Below are positions 1-14,114 of a stretch of DNA of 64,000 nucleotides, one piece after another. Positions within the stretch are counted from its first letter, which is position 1; the number at the start of each line of letters is the position of its first letter. The notes under the pieces are model-generated. The model ran no database searches. It saw only the letters and a program-made list of their open reading frames with translations, and was not told the origin of the DNA. The position numbers were made by a program, and so were the translations under genes. The DNA comes from Octopus vulgaris (Eukaryota): contig OX597830.1 of assembly GCA_951406725.2 (NCBI GenBank), forward strand, positions 46,624,001 to 46,688,000, written 5' to 3'.

Positions 1-113
1 GGAGAGTGTCGAAAACGATTTTTCCCCCTAGATCCCTTTTGTGATGCAGTTTTATGCTTTTTTTTGTTTCTTAACCTCCCACATATTGCAGTGCCTGTGT
101 TTATCTTTTACAG

Positions 114-171
114 TGATCAGGAAGTCCAATGTGAAATCATTGACAAATTGGTACAACATATTCTCCGAGAT
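114..171 (+). CDS. INTS3: INTS3 exon (window exon 1)
   Basis: ttttacag acceptor; DQEVQCEIIDKLVQHILRD; gtaagt donor at 172. Confidence 0.92.
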
Positions 172-415
172 GTAAGTAATGTTTTACTCTTTATGGAACT
201 TGTTAAGTTTGATTCTGTATAAGAAGATATATTTGGATTAAGATGTCCTTTTTTAATTCTGTAGACAATTGCTGTATTCAAACATCTGTGGTTGAGTAGA
301 CAGTTTTCCCCCAGCTTTGAATTACATTCTAAAATAATTTGGGGTTTTTAACTCTTAGAGAATATATGTAAGTGTAGCAACTGAAGGATCACTAATTGAT
401 GATAAGGATAATATA

Positions 416-455
<40 letters not shown>

Positions 456-3400
456 TCCAGTTATTTACTGATTTATTTTTATTTTTTCCTTTTTCAGGAA
501 GATTTTGACCAAGACATGGCATCTACACTTGCTATATGTTTGTGTCAAATCCTTGGCCATTTATTTATGAGTAATTTATTTCCACAGGAAGTAGATGAAG
601 AGTAAGTAACAAATTACTTCTACTCTAGAAACTTTAATTAATTTAAATTCAAATTACGATGAAAGTAAACGAACAAACGAAGTTTGCTTTAGAAGCGTTG
701 AGATGTCTTAAAAGTTGAATGATTTTTAAAAATTCTCAAATGCAGGATAATCCTAATAATATAACCTGAATAGAATATTTTGCAGAATTTTTGAAGACAT
801 CTCAACGCTTCTGAAGCAAACTTTGTTTGTTTACATTCATCGTAATCTGAATTTAATGTATGATAGCGCCTCATAAAGCGAGATTTTTATATATCTTAAA
901 TTTGCAGAAGAATTTGTGGTGAGGGCTTAAAGGTCAGAGCACTGCGAAACGTAATCATGGGGATGTGAGTTTGAGTCTCATAGCTGGCCACCAACTCTAA
1001 TTAATTTATTTGCTCCAAAACTGGTTTCAGAGTGAGGGTGCAAGCTCCATGCCCTTTATAATTTTAATAAGAAAACCTTATTGAATATGACAGTATGAAA
1101 TGAATTTTCTTTGTTCAGGAATTGGTTAAAGTTTTAACAATTTCTTTATGCTAGTATTATAATTGCTAGATTAGCAGAATCTTTGTGAGCAGCAGACAAA
1201 ATGTCTTGCAATATTTGGTTAAAGACCTTAAGGCGGTGGTTTGCAGAATTGTTACTACACTGGGCAAAATGCTTATTGGCATTTCGTCCGTTGAGGTTGA
1301 CTTTGCCATTCATCCTTTTGTGATAGATAAAATAAGTACCAGTTGAGTCCTGGGGGTTGATGTAATTGGCCCCCCCCCCCAAAAAAAAATAAAATTGCTG
1401 GCCTTGTGCCAAAATTTGTAGCCAATATTTAGTCAAGACCTTAAGGTGGTGGGCAGGCAGAATTATTAGCCTGCCGGGCAAAATGCTTTGCGGCATTTTG
1501 TCTGTTTGCATCCGGAGTTCAAATTCTGCTAAAGTCGACTTTCAGGGTTGATAAAAAAAATACCAGTTGACTACTGGGAGTCAACGTAATTAACTGGCAA
1601 CCTCCCACCAAATTTCTGGCTTTGTGCCTAGAGTAGAAAAGGTTATTATTATTATTGTTATTATTAAGGTAGTGAGTTGACAGAATCATTAGCACACCAG
1701 GTAAAATGACTTTTCATATACCTCTACGTTCTGAGTTCAAATTCTGCTGAAGTGAACCTTGCCTTTCATCCTCTCAGGGTTGATGAAATAAATACTACTA
1801 CTACTACTACTACTTTGAGGCAGTGAACTAGCAGAAACAAGCAGACTGGACAAAATTCTGCAGCATTTTGTCTGTCTTTGCATTTTGAGTTCAAATTCCA
1901 CTCAGGCTGACTTTACCTTTCATCCTTTCGTGGTCGATAAAATAATTAGCAATCAAGTACTGGGATCAATGAAATCAACAAGACCCCCTTCCCTGAAATT
2001 CAGTGCTTTGTGCATCTAGTAGACATGATTATTATTATAGACAATGACTAATGTCTGAGACCTTTGGAGATAAGTTGTGCTTGAGAAGACCCGGAAAGCC
2101 AAGTGAGACCATAACCCGTGGCCTATGCCAGTGGTGTATAACCAGTCCACTTATGAGTAACCTTCATTCATTTGGACAATAAAATTTGCTTGCGAAGACC
2201 TGTTGAGGCAAGTGAAATCAAAATTGCTGACGTGGCCGATGACAGTACCACCTGATTGGCATTCGTGCCAGTGGAATGTTAAAAGCACATCCGAGCATGA
2301 TCATTGCCAGGGCCACTGACTGGCTCCTGTGCTGGTGGCACGTAAAAAAGCACCATTCGAGCGTGATCATTGCCGGCGTTGCCTTACTGGCACATGTGTT
2401 GGTGGCACGTAAAAGCACCCACTATACTCTCAGAGTGGTTGGCATTAGGAAGGGCATCCAGCTGTAGAAACTTTTCCGGGTCAGATTGGAAACTGGTGCA
2501 GCCTTCTGGTTTGCCAGTCCTCAGTCAGACTGTCCAGCCCATGTCAGCATGGAAAGCAGATGTTAAACGATGATGATGATGATGACATTATTAAGGTGGT
2601 GAACTGGACGAAATGCTTAGCAGTATTTCACCTTTCGATACGGTCTGAGTTCAAATTCCGCCAAGGTCGACTTTGCCTTCATCCTTTCAGGGTCGATAAA
2701 TTAAGTACCAGTTGAATACTGGGGCCGATGTAATCGACTGGGCCCCTCCCCCAAATTTCAGGCCTTGTGCCTTTAGTAGAAAGGGTTATCATTACAGTGG
2801 TTGATGGCAGAATCAGTCAAGCTCCTTGTTTCATTTACCTGTCTTCTTTTTCCCTTTCACCCTTCAAGGGTCAGCAAAATAAGAACCAGTCATGTGGTGG
2901 ACTTGATCCCCTCAACTGTACCATGTTATAGGCTCTGTATCACTTTTATGAATTATTATTATTATTATTACTGTGACTTATTCATTTCTTATTCAGGTCC
3001 ATTGAAGATTCTATAGGAACACCACTATTTGTGATATTTAGGTAGGTAAATACTGGTTTGCTTTTAATACTTACTTTGTAACCCACTTGAAATCCAGGTG
3101 AGTTGCTGGCTTTGAAAATTTTACTTTCACCCAAAAATGTTCCTTGTCTCTTTATTTAGGAATTATTATTTCTTTTTTTTTTTATTTATAGTTTTTGTTA
3201 ACTTTTATGTTTTAGTCTGGGGAGAAAGGTCAGCTTTTGGGATCTTTATAGGACCTTTGAAATTGTTGATGGAAAACGTAAGAAGAAAGTCTAACTCGTG
3301 GGTTTTTATGTGGGGGGAAGTATTGCACGAAGATACTGAGTTGTTGTTACCATGGAGACCAAGTCTGAATATTTACAGCAAAATGATAATTCCGTTAAAA

Positions 3401-6400
3401 GCCTGCAAGAACCAGTTGGTGATGTTAACCAGGGATGCCAGATGAGATCTGCTGCCCAACCTCAAAGCTATAAATTGGTCAACGATACGGAAGTGATGTT
3501 AGTCCTACAATCCTATCACAGAATTAAGTTTTTATGTGCTAACTCTGCCAACTCCAGTTTGACTGAACAGAAAGCAGGTTCTGTTCCTACTTCACAGTTG
3601 AGGGTTTAGTGATAAAAAGATAAATATCTGAAAATAATTTGTTCAAATCCCACAGATACAGCCGTGGGTATAATAATGAATGTAAACTATTTGCATTATT
3701 TACATTTGACGGATATTTGTCCTCCAGCCTTCTTCAGGTGTCTTAGGGAAATTTTGAACCTGAGTTCTCGTTCCTAAGGCATTTTTCGATATTATTATTG
3801 TTATTGCTCAGGTCACTGCTTGGAATCAAACTTGGAATCTTGGGGTTAGTAGCCCACACTCTTAACCACTATGCCATATGTCCGCAAGCAATTATGGAGT
3901 GAATTTTAGGGCTTATAAATCTAATATTCGCCTATCCTTCCTTAATACCGGTTCCCATATGCTGCTCATATCTGCACTTGGTCTGCTTAGGAGGTTGTTG
4001 TGTCCTAGCATATGTGCTGCTTCTTTTAGTTTTTGTATTTTCCGGTGATGAAGGTTGGAGGGTATATCAGCCGAAACGTTGTGCTAACAACAAACAAGAT
4101 GAGGACAAATATCCGTCAAATGTAAATAATGTAAATAATGTACATAATTCCTCATCTCTTAAATATAGAACTGAATGATTGTAAAGTAGAAATCAATAGG
4201 GAATTAGTGATTCACTTCCCCATCATCTCAAGCGATCCGTCACAATGTCTTAAATTCTTGCTTTTGTTTTTCTTTCAATTGTCTCTCAATTCTGTTATGT
4301 TGTCTCATGCATTGTGTTTTGTTTCCTTCCAGAAACTTCTGTTCTACTGCTGAAGAGGATCCTATTCGACAGCCATTATTGTTCCTGATGGATGAAATGT
4401 ACCAGAAACAGCCCCATATAGGTTATCACATGCTCTATTTCCTAAAAGTAAGGTAAGGATGAAGAATTTAGCTTTATGAACGCTAATGTTTTTGTTGTCT
4501 GTTGTTTTTTTTTTTTCCTGACTTCTATTTACTTTTATTTTTGTAAGGATCTAATAATTCTTTCACTTTCATTTTTGGTTTTTCAAGAAATGTTTTTCTA
4601 TCTGGAACCAACAACTCCTGTCCTTCTCTAAGCTACACTTGTAGCACAAGTTGAACTCAGCTTAGCAAAACTCTTGTCAATTTTTCAATACTTCTTTTGC
4701 ATATTGTGATGTGCCTTTTTACAGCTTGGTGGACTGGGCCATTTAAGATTTAATAGTCTTGGCCAGTGATGCAATGATATGCAGGTGGCAGTATGTGAAC
4801 TGTTAACCTCTCAACTGGTTTATCTGGTAACAACTTAACCATTTACACACTGTAAACTTAACCTTGGTATTAGTTTTTTTAAAAATTTTTACAAATTAAG
4901 TCATTGAGGCAAATAGTCTTTGCATATTGATACAATATATAATTTTTTTAATATCATTTTAAGTATTTTTTTTTTGGCATGGTTAAAATGGTGGGGCATA
5001 GTAATTTTTGCTTCTTAAATTTGGATCTTAGCTTGTCTTTTTAGTGTGATCTCCATCTTCAGCTTGGTGAACAACTTAGTGACACAGTGTTTCTAGGCCA
5101 GAGCTTACTAAGCAATGACTTTGATAGTAGTAGTCTTGTATATTGCAACACATTTTAATTATGTGACCAGTTATTAAAATACTGAGATGTAACTGACTTT
5201 ATTATTTGGATGTTGGCTTCTGTTACCTGCACTGGTGTTATGTAGTGTTTCTGGTGGTAGAAATACTCACTACTCACCCAGTGACTCACTACACACCTAG
5301 TGACTCACTACTCACTCAGTGACTCACTACTCACTCAGTGACTCACTACTCACCCAGTGACTCACTACTCACTCAGTGACTCACTACTCACCCAGTGACT
5401 CACTACTCACCCAGTGACTCACTACTCTTACTATACAATAGGTATCATGCAGAGATATTGTGTGAGGAAATGCCTATGTCTTCTTACCCCTGGAGGGCTT
5501 TATTGTGCCAGTGTTTAGCTTTCATTTCATAGCATTCAGTTTGTGAGAGAGAAATTTTCCCTTGGGTGGAGTACGGATTTATCCAGGTGAAATTTTATAA
5601 AGATAGACTGAGGCTTGTAGAATTAAGTATACTGCCCATATATACTACAATACACCTGCAGTGGATTTGAACTCGGAACCTACAAATTACTACCCATTTA
5701 ATCATTCCACTTGTGTTTGCAAATAGATGATGGTTACTAAAGTTGGAGTTAAGTGATTTATTTTGAATGTGGTTGGAAGAATAGATAAATGGAATGAGAG
5801 AGAGAGAGAGAGAGAGAGATGTTAATAAATTGCAGTCTGAATGAGACCGAGAAGGCATTGATTGGTTTAGTTCAGACAGGACAGCCACACGTACCAAAGG
5901 GGCAAAGTTAAATAATGGTAGTCATTACATTTTGCTTTAATTTTTTTATATTTTCAGTAAAGTCAATGATGACAAAATGTCCAGTTATCGTGATTTCTGT
6001 AAGAGTTTAGATGGAAAAGATTTGGAATCCTGCCTAATGAATGATTTACGGGTAAATATTACTTAGTTTTTTTGTTTTTTTTTTTTGTCAGTTTTTAACT
6101 GAAATTATTATTCTGAATTTCTAAATAATTGTTTAGTGTATATTTTTTACATTGCTATTCTTCTCCATTCCATAATGGTAACCAATTAATCTATTTTTGT
6201 AATTATTTAAATTATAACATCAGAAATCATGTAGTTTGACTAGGCAATAACAATTTCCCTCCAGATCCTCTGTTTGCACCATATGTGTACATCTAACCAA
6301 TTACGAAAGGTCAAAAGCAAGTTGCATCTGGTTGTATTAGTGTGACTAGCTTCACCAGCATCACAGATCTTCTTGAGTAAAATTGCCTCAATTCCTTGCT

Positions 6401-9400
6401 TAAGGACGGCATCAAACATCATGCTTATTTCATTAGGTTGATGCAAGTTGGATTCTATTAAATATTTAAAAAAGTTATCAGCAACCAGTGGCTTCTTTTT
6501 TTAGATGCAAACTAATATTCAAACCATTTGCATTCAGATTACCTTGACAAAAGGAAAACTTAGGTATTCGCATTGTTTTGAATCAGTTTTGCATAATCTT
6601 TTAGTTTTGAGATTTTGATGATGTGATTGTTTATTTTTAGAATGACATTGTCAGGTAAGTTTGAGAGGCTTGCATTTGGTCAGTTTGACCATGTAGAATA
6701 TTTGGACCAAATATGGTTAGTTTAAACAAACACTAAAGGGTTTGTAGGAGTAGATAGGAAAGAATCAAGAGATACTTGTAGAAATTTTTTTTTAGAAGAG
6801 TAAGGGCTGCACACACCATTTCTGTAGATCTTCCAAAACTGGCAGAAGAAAGGAAGGCAGGCAAACTGGATTCTTACAATAGAATGGTTCTGCTGAAGGT
6901 ACCCAAGAACCAAGTCTGCAATGGAAGTGTCACCACTCTGATTGTTATTATGCAAAAATCACTAAAAGCCTTGACGGTATGTTCTGTTGCTATGTTCCTG
7001 GTTCCAATCCCAAGACATCTGCAAGTTATAGAGAAATTGGTGAGGCTAATTGCAGATGATAATGCTTTGTAGGATGGAAGAAGGAAAGCAGACACAGTTT
7101 TGGGGGATAAGAGTTACTGTTGAGACTTTAAGTTTTATTTTTTTCTGTTATTCAGTTGTTTTTGAAATTGAAAAAAGAAAAACAAAAAAAAAAAAAAAAC
7201 CCAAAGGAAACCATCCCCCCACCCAATTACATCAATTTTTTTCTCCTTTTGTTTAGATCTGTCAAGAAGACGATGTGAGGTTATTTACATATCTGTTACC
7301 GGACATTTATACACATGTAAGTTGGTTTCATGTTTATTTTTTCACGGGTTTTCTTTCTGAACTTCCTGTCCATGGCACTACACATTGATATGGGTCTTCA
7401 GAACTCGATAAACCCTATGCCATCCCCAGCTGAACTCCCTTGCTACATCTCTTGTACGTGTTTGTTTCTGTACTAAAGCATTGATCCTTCTGTGCCATGA
7501 CAGGCCCCTGAAACTCTTCCTGCTCTTGTTTTTGTTTGCAGCAACCATTAAACTGCAACATTTCAAACCAAGCATCAATCACACTGACAACAATCATTAT
7601 ATCTCACTGAAAGGAAGCTTGAATGGCCACTGGGCGCGGTCCTGACTTCATTGTGGGACTCAGATTAGCTAAAAAGTGGAAAGTAAATGAAGCAGGTGCT
7701 TGCATAGGATGTCATTTAATGAGGGTGAGGGCAGTGAGTGGCATTGTACTTTGGTGATAAGCAAATAGCATTTGACTGTGATGTTGTAATGGTGTGTGTG
7801 AGTTATTTTAACAGAGCAGAAAAAAGTGGCATAGGGAACTGCAATCACTGATTTGGCTCCAGCCTATGTCTGTAGTCGGTAGAAATGTCACGGCCATACT
7901 AGACACTTCATGTACGGTATTATGATTATGATGTATTCTGAATTCAAATTTCATTAAAACCAACTTTGGTCTTTTGTTTGTCTTGGTTTGATAAAGAAAT
8001 TGTCATCAATCTTCCAGGACTGACTCAGCTGATTGCATCCAGTTCTTAATGTATTATTGTTATAGATAACAAGGCACTGAGCTGGCAGAATTGTTAGCAT
8101 GCTGGGCCAAATACTGAGTAGCATTTCATTTTCTTGACGTTCTGAGTTCAAATTCTGCTGAGATCAACATTGTTTTTCATTCTTTCAGGGTTAATAAAAG
8201 AAGTACCAGTTGTGCACTGGGGTTGATATAATCGACTTACCTCTTCCCTTGAAATTGCTGGCCATGTGCCAAAATTTGAAACCATTATTATTATAAAGAA
8301 CAAAACGGTGGTTTGGAGTAAAGATTATTTGCCAACATAACACGGCAGTCCTGGTTTAGGATGAATGTTGCTGTAATTTAGCCCCAGGAGGCATCGTCTC
8401 TAACTTGCTATACGACACGATCTGTGTCCTTATATTTTTGAAGAAAGGAATCTAACACCCCCACTCAGTTCAAAACAATATAGATTCTCTTGTTCGAAAA
8501 TATAAAGACACGGATCGTGTCGTATAGCCAGCTGGAGACGATGTCTCCTGGGGCTAAATTACAGCAACATTCATCCTAAACCAGGACTGCCATGTTATGT
8601 TGGCAAACAATCTTTACTCCAAAGTACTGTTGCTGAATATCTCTCGGGAGATTTAAAAATGGTAAAATGGTGATTGTTTAGCCAAATTCTTAGCATGGCA
8701 AACAAAATATCTCCTGTTTGTTTCAGTTCTTTACAGTTTAACTTCAAATTTTTATCGAGGGCAACTTTCAGAGTCACTAAAGTTCCTGTAAAATACTAGG
8801 GCCAGTTTAATAATCATTGAATCTCTTGTTTTAAGTTTGAGAGAAGCAGTTGTCTGGATTTTCATCTAATGCTTCTTCTTCGATTCCTTCTCAGTTCCCA
8901 AACATTGTCATTGGTAATACAGAACTGCTGCAGATGATAGTTTCTTGTATAGATGCTGTTCAGGTGAGTTCACTTTCTCTCTTCACCTTCTCATATTAGT
9001 TGTAATCCTTGCTGTTGTTATTAGTCTATCACTAGTATGGTATACACGTAGATATACTTACTTTAATTGTTCTCGTACATCGTGTATACACGATGTCACA
9101 TACACCTGGCTGTACTGTTGTTAGTCTTTGATTGTACTACAACAGACTGTATTGTTGTTATGTTTTTTGTTGCCAAGGCGTTGTCTCTGCCATTCTTCAT
9201 CTCATCTACAGTCACTGTATGAAGTACCAGTAATACACTAGTATCCATATCAATTAACAATAATCCTCTCCTATTTATTATTCTTTATCATTTCCAGTTG
9301 CAGGATCTCATTTGTCAAATTCTCCAAGGTCACTTGATTATGTTCCGCAAAGATTCCTTCCTCTACGTCCTCAGTAAGTTCTTTACTTTCCCTTTTTGTT

Positions 9401-11388
9401 TTTCTTATTTTATTATCATTTTCGTTCGTTTTTTCTTTACTCTTCTTTGTTTTCTTTTGTTGTTTGGTTTATTTTCTCATTTATTTTCTTTTCTTTTTGT
9501 TACCTGATTTCATTGAGAATATTCATTTGTTTGTCAGGTGTCAGCCAATCAACGAAAGCTTTGTTGGTTCACCTTCCACGTCCTTGGTTAAGATACTCAA
9601 CTCTCAATGGCAGTGTCCATCAGATTGTAAAGAGATGTCATGTCTTGTGTAATGTTGTTACCCTATGTCAAAAGTAATAATGTTGATGGTGGCGCTTATG
9701 CCAAGACTGCTCAGAGTATGCTGTTACAAGCGAATATACGGTTTAAGTAAGGAAGAGAAGAACTCCTGCAGCTCAGGTTATTGAAGGAAAGTAGATTTCC
9801 ACCAGCCTGCAGTAACTGAGTTCAATTCTTTTCTACTGTCAGTGTTTGGAGAAAAGATAAATTCCTTTTGGTTAATTTGGTTTAGATATTCACTACAAGA
9901 AAAACAAATGCTGGATTGTCTGTCTTTGACTTGACAGATTATGGGATTCTGCATGTCTCCTGTTGGCTAAGTCCATCTATGAACTGGTACATCTTACTGT
10001 TGTAAGCAGTAGGAGCAGTATGTAATTTATGAGTGTTTAGTAATGCCTTTGAAGAGATCTTCCGAGTGGATGGGGGTCAATAAGGGGCACTGGTTTCTGA
10101 GATCCACATTTACTTTATACCTGATGCTCTTTTTGATTCTTGTTCTCAGACAATGTTGTCTGCTCAGTTCAGAACATATTTCTGTTGTTTTGTGGCTAAT
10201 TTTTTTATTTTACCTCTCCATCCATTTCTCATCCACCAGATGCCAGTTTGGAATGGGAAACCATTGAACAATATTTCCTGTGGCAGCTAATCACAGCTCA
10301 TAGTATACCTGTGGAACATATCATGCCGGTATTACCAAAGCTGGAATTTTGCAGTAAGTGTGACTTGTTAATTGGGAAATTCAAAAATGCATGCACACAC
10401 ACACACACACACACACTTACAGACCCTCCTTTCTCGCCTACCAAATACTCTCCCACACACAAACACACTGTCTGTAACTCCTATACATACACACATAAAC
10501 ATACACGGACACACACACACATGCAAATATACATGTGCACACTATATACGCATGCATACTCACACATACACGTGCACCCCCTCCCCACCGCCAATAAGCA
10601 CTCTCCTGCCATTAAAGACAACAATTACCTCTCATAATCAGAGATCCCACATGTGAATGACTCACATGTGGGTTTTTTTTCCCCTGATTCTCTTCTCTGT
10701 TCCTCATCATTTTTGGGAAGCAGGCAATGAGTTAAGGGCAAATTTTTAAAAAAATCATAAAAAAATAGTTTTATTTCTTTTTTTTTTTTTGTCGCAAAAA
10801 ATTCTTGAAAGATTTAAACTTGTGAATTGGAAGATTGGAAAGCAAGACCCACTTGTTTCTAGCAGTTGTTCATGTATTGGTAGCAGTTCCAAAGGAACTC
10901 AAGGACCGAAGATTTTGTGCATTGGTACTTACCAAAACCTTTAATAAGCAGCAAGGCACAAAACTCTCAGCCCTCGACTCACTTTGTGGCTTCTGCTGAA
11001 TACAATAATAATAATAATAATGATGATAATAATGATAATAATAATAATAATAATAATGATGATGATAATAATGATGATAATGATAATAATAATAATAATA
11101 ATGATGATAATAATGATGATAATGATAATAATAATAATAATAATGATGATAATAATGATGATAATGATAATAATAATAATAATAATAATAATGATGATAA
11201 TAATGATGATAATAATAATAATAATAATAATAATGATAATAATAATAATGATGATAATAATGATGATAATAATAATAATAATGATGATAATGATGATGAT
11301 AATAATGATGATAATAATAATAATAATAATGATGATGATAATAATGATGATAATGATAATAATAATAATAATGATGATAATAATGATG

Positions 11389-11437
<49 letters not shown>

Positions 11438-14069
11438 TAATAATAATAGTATATAATGTATGTATGATGTTTGTTTCTTTGTACAGCTCATTCAGAAGCA
11501 CTTGCCAGTATCATGATTTTGCTGAAACAGGAATGGTAAGTCAGGCTGAGAGATTTCTTATTCAGATTGGAGCCTGGTGCAGCCTCTTGGCTTGCCAGAC
11601 CTCAGTTAAACTGTCCAACCCATGCCAGCATGGAAAGCTGATATTAAACGATGATGATGATGATGATCTCCATGATTAGCATTACTTTGAGTCCAATTCT
11701 CTCAGTAGAATCATCACCCCCCGCCCCTTAACCCACAAACATTTTGACCAATTCCCTTGACCTTCACCATTGACATCATTATTGATATTACACTGTCTCC
11801 TTCTACTATAGTCATTGTTTTTTTACTATCACAAAAGATCTAAAAATTACTGAAAACAATCAGGTGGATGATGATGATGATGATGATGGTGGTGATGATG
11901 ATGATGATAGTGGTGGTGATGATGATGATGGTGGTGGTGGTGGTGATGGTGGTGGTGGTGGTGATAATAATTATGGTTATAAGCTTGATGCTGGTGATCT
12001 GTGTTTAAGTGTGTCTGTTATTTAGTTTCTATGTTGTTATAAAGCATTATTTCAGGCTTTGTGTTTATGTATCTGTATACATCAGTGTGTGTTTGTGTAT
12101 GTATTTATGTATGGTCTTAAGTCTGTATACGATGCCTGCTGACAGGGAAATGCTTGTATGGTTTGCTTATCCTTGTCTGAATATGTGTGTGATGACGTGT
12201 CAGCTAGTATATTTGTCTGCAGGTGTATGTATATGGGTGCACTTGAGTCCCTATGGGTGTATGTATGGTTATGTTTGCTGGAGTACCTGTGCTATGAACT
12301 GTAAAATAAGGGGAACGTATTACTTGTTGCTTGCAGCCCAACTGCCGAGTTGTTGCGACCATTAATGTGCCGAGAATACAAGAAGCAGGATTTGTTTACG
12401 GTGTCTGTTATGAAGAATTGGGCTCATGAATATGAGGACCGGCTGGCAGAGTTGCTCTACAACCTTCTGGCCAAATCAAACAGCACACCAAAGAAGCGGC
12501 AGAGGTAACCAGTTCCTCTAAGTTTATCTCATTTATGTTCAAAAAAGTATTTGAGAATTGTTTTAGTTTTATTTTTTTTGTCATCTGTGTTCTTATATGA
12601 TACTCCTGCAATTGGAATGGTGAGCAATCTGTAGAGTATCCAGTTGTAAAAACAAATACGGGACAAAGGTTTAAAAGAATAAGTAAGTATTCCATTTATT
12701 AGCAGAGAAAAGTAGATTTAATCCTTTAGCATTTAAACTGGCCGAAAATGGTTAAAATATTCAAATTGGCCAGATTTGGCCTCTTATACCTACTCAACAA
12801 TATCATTAAAAAGAAAACAATCACCTCATTGAAGTCTTGAAACTATGAGATAATGCATAACTGATTGACTGATTTGAAACAATGGGAATAAATAAGTATT
12901 ACATTTGGCAGAGAAATCTGAACACCAAAGGGTTAAATTAGTTAAAACAGGGGAGAAAAACCAAACAAAATTGATCTGAGTGTTGTGATATAGATTGTTA
13001 TTAAGTATGACTTTGAAATTTTGTCTTTCAGAAATAATTCTGCCAAGCGCGATAACATGCCAACACCAGATCAAGTCCTTGCTCATTTGGATCATATGAG
13101 GGTGGTGTGTCGAAACGTATCTTGTAAGTGTTAACATTAAATCTATTTTGTTCTTAATTAACCAGAATGATCTGACAGAAATGGTTGTGTGACACCTCGT
13201 AGTGTTTAGTTTTCTCTGCATTCTGAGTTCAAATTCTGTTGGAGTCAGAGCTTTCATCTTTCATCTCTCTGCAGTACTTGGAAGTAAATACCAGTCATAT
13301 ACTAGTGTCCTTTGTACTCTCTTCCTTTCCTGACAAACTCTGTGGGCTTGAGCTAATCTAAGAACATTTGTTAATATTAATCTTTTTAGCATTTCTTAAA
13401 ACGAAGTTGAGGAATTCACATAGAATCTGCTCTGTGTGCTATCATCTATTATCACTTGGCAGTTTTGATGTGGCCTGCGGAGAATTTGGAAAATATTTGC
13501 GTGTATGTATATTTGTTTTATATTGTTCTTCTTGTAGTTTTGAACCACGAAAGTATGCAGCATGCCTTACAGCAAGTACAAATGACAGCATCTGAGGTAC
13601 AAAAAACCAAGTGAGTTGTAAACAATTCTATCTTTTTCATTTTCCTCACGAATTCACCCAACTCCTTTATCATCTCCCATTTGAAGTCTGACTTTGGAAT
13701 ATATAAAAGGGTCAAATATGCAAATGTTCCATATTTTCTGTCCAAATAGATAAGAGTGTGTTTTGTACAAAACACGGTTGTTGAGTGGATGTAAACTGGA
13801 CAGCAGCTCTTGGTTGTTTGTCCCCAGGTCAGCCCTGACCTGGCAATACACAGAGGTCATCGAGCTTGGGCTGTCTATATTTACCTTGTAGTCCAAGCCA
13901 GCTTTTTAAGCTGGACATAAAATGGTGATGATGATGATGTATCCATGGTTGTATTATTGATTGCAACCTTCGTTATTTAAAGCAACAGAACGTGATTTGG
14001 TTGCTTTTCATTGACAGCATCGGGAGACAGACACCAGATGATGATGATGATGCTGCTGCTGCCAGTGAT

Positions 14070-14114
<45 letters not shown>

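Noticed and set aside
5265-5427. CRISPR-like array
   Set aside because: Contiguous 19-bp units with no unique spacers, eukaryotic intron, no cas genes.
8312-8623. Hammerhead motif in this inverted repeat
   Set aside because: No CUGANGA/GAAA pair with compatible stems found by eye on either arm.
10917-11679. Long poly-N/I/L/M ORFs
   Set aside because: Translations of an intronic (AAT/GAT)n array; only 11487-11535 is a real exon.
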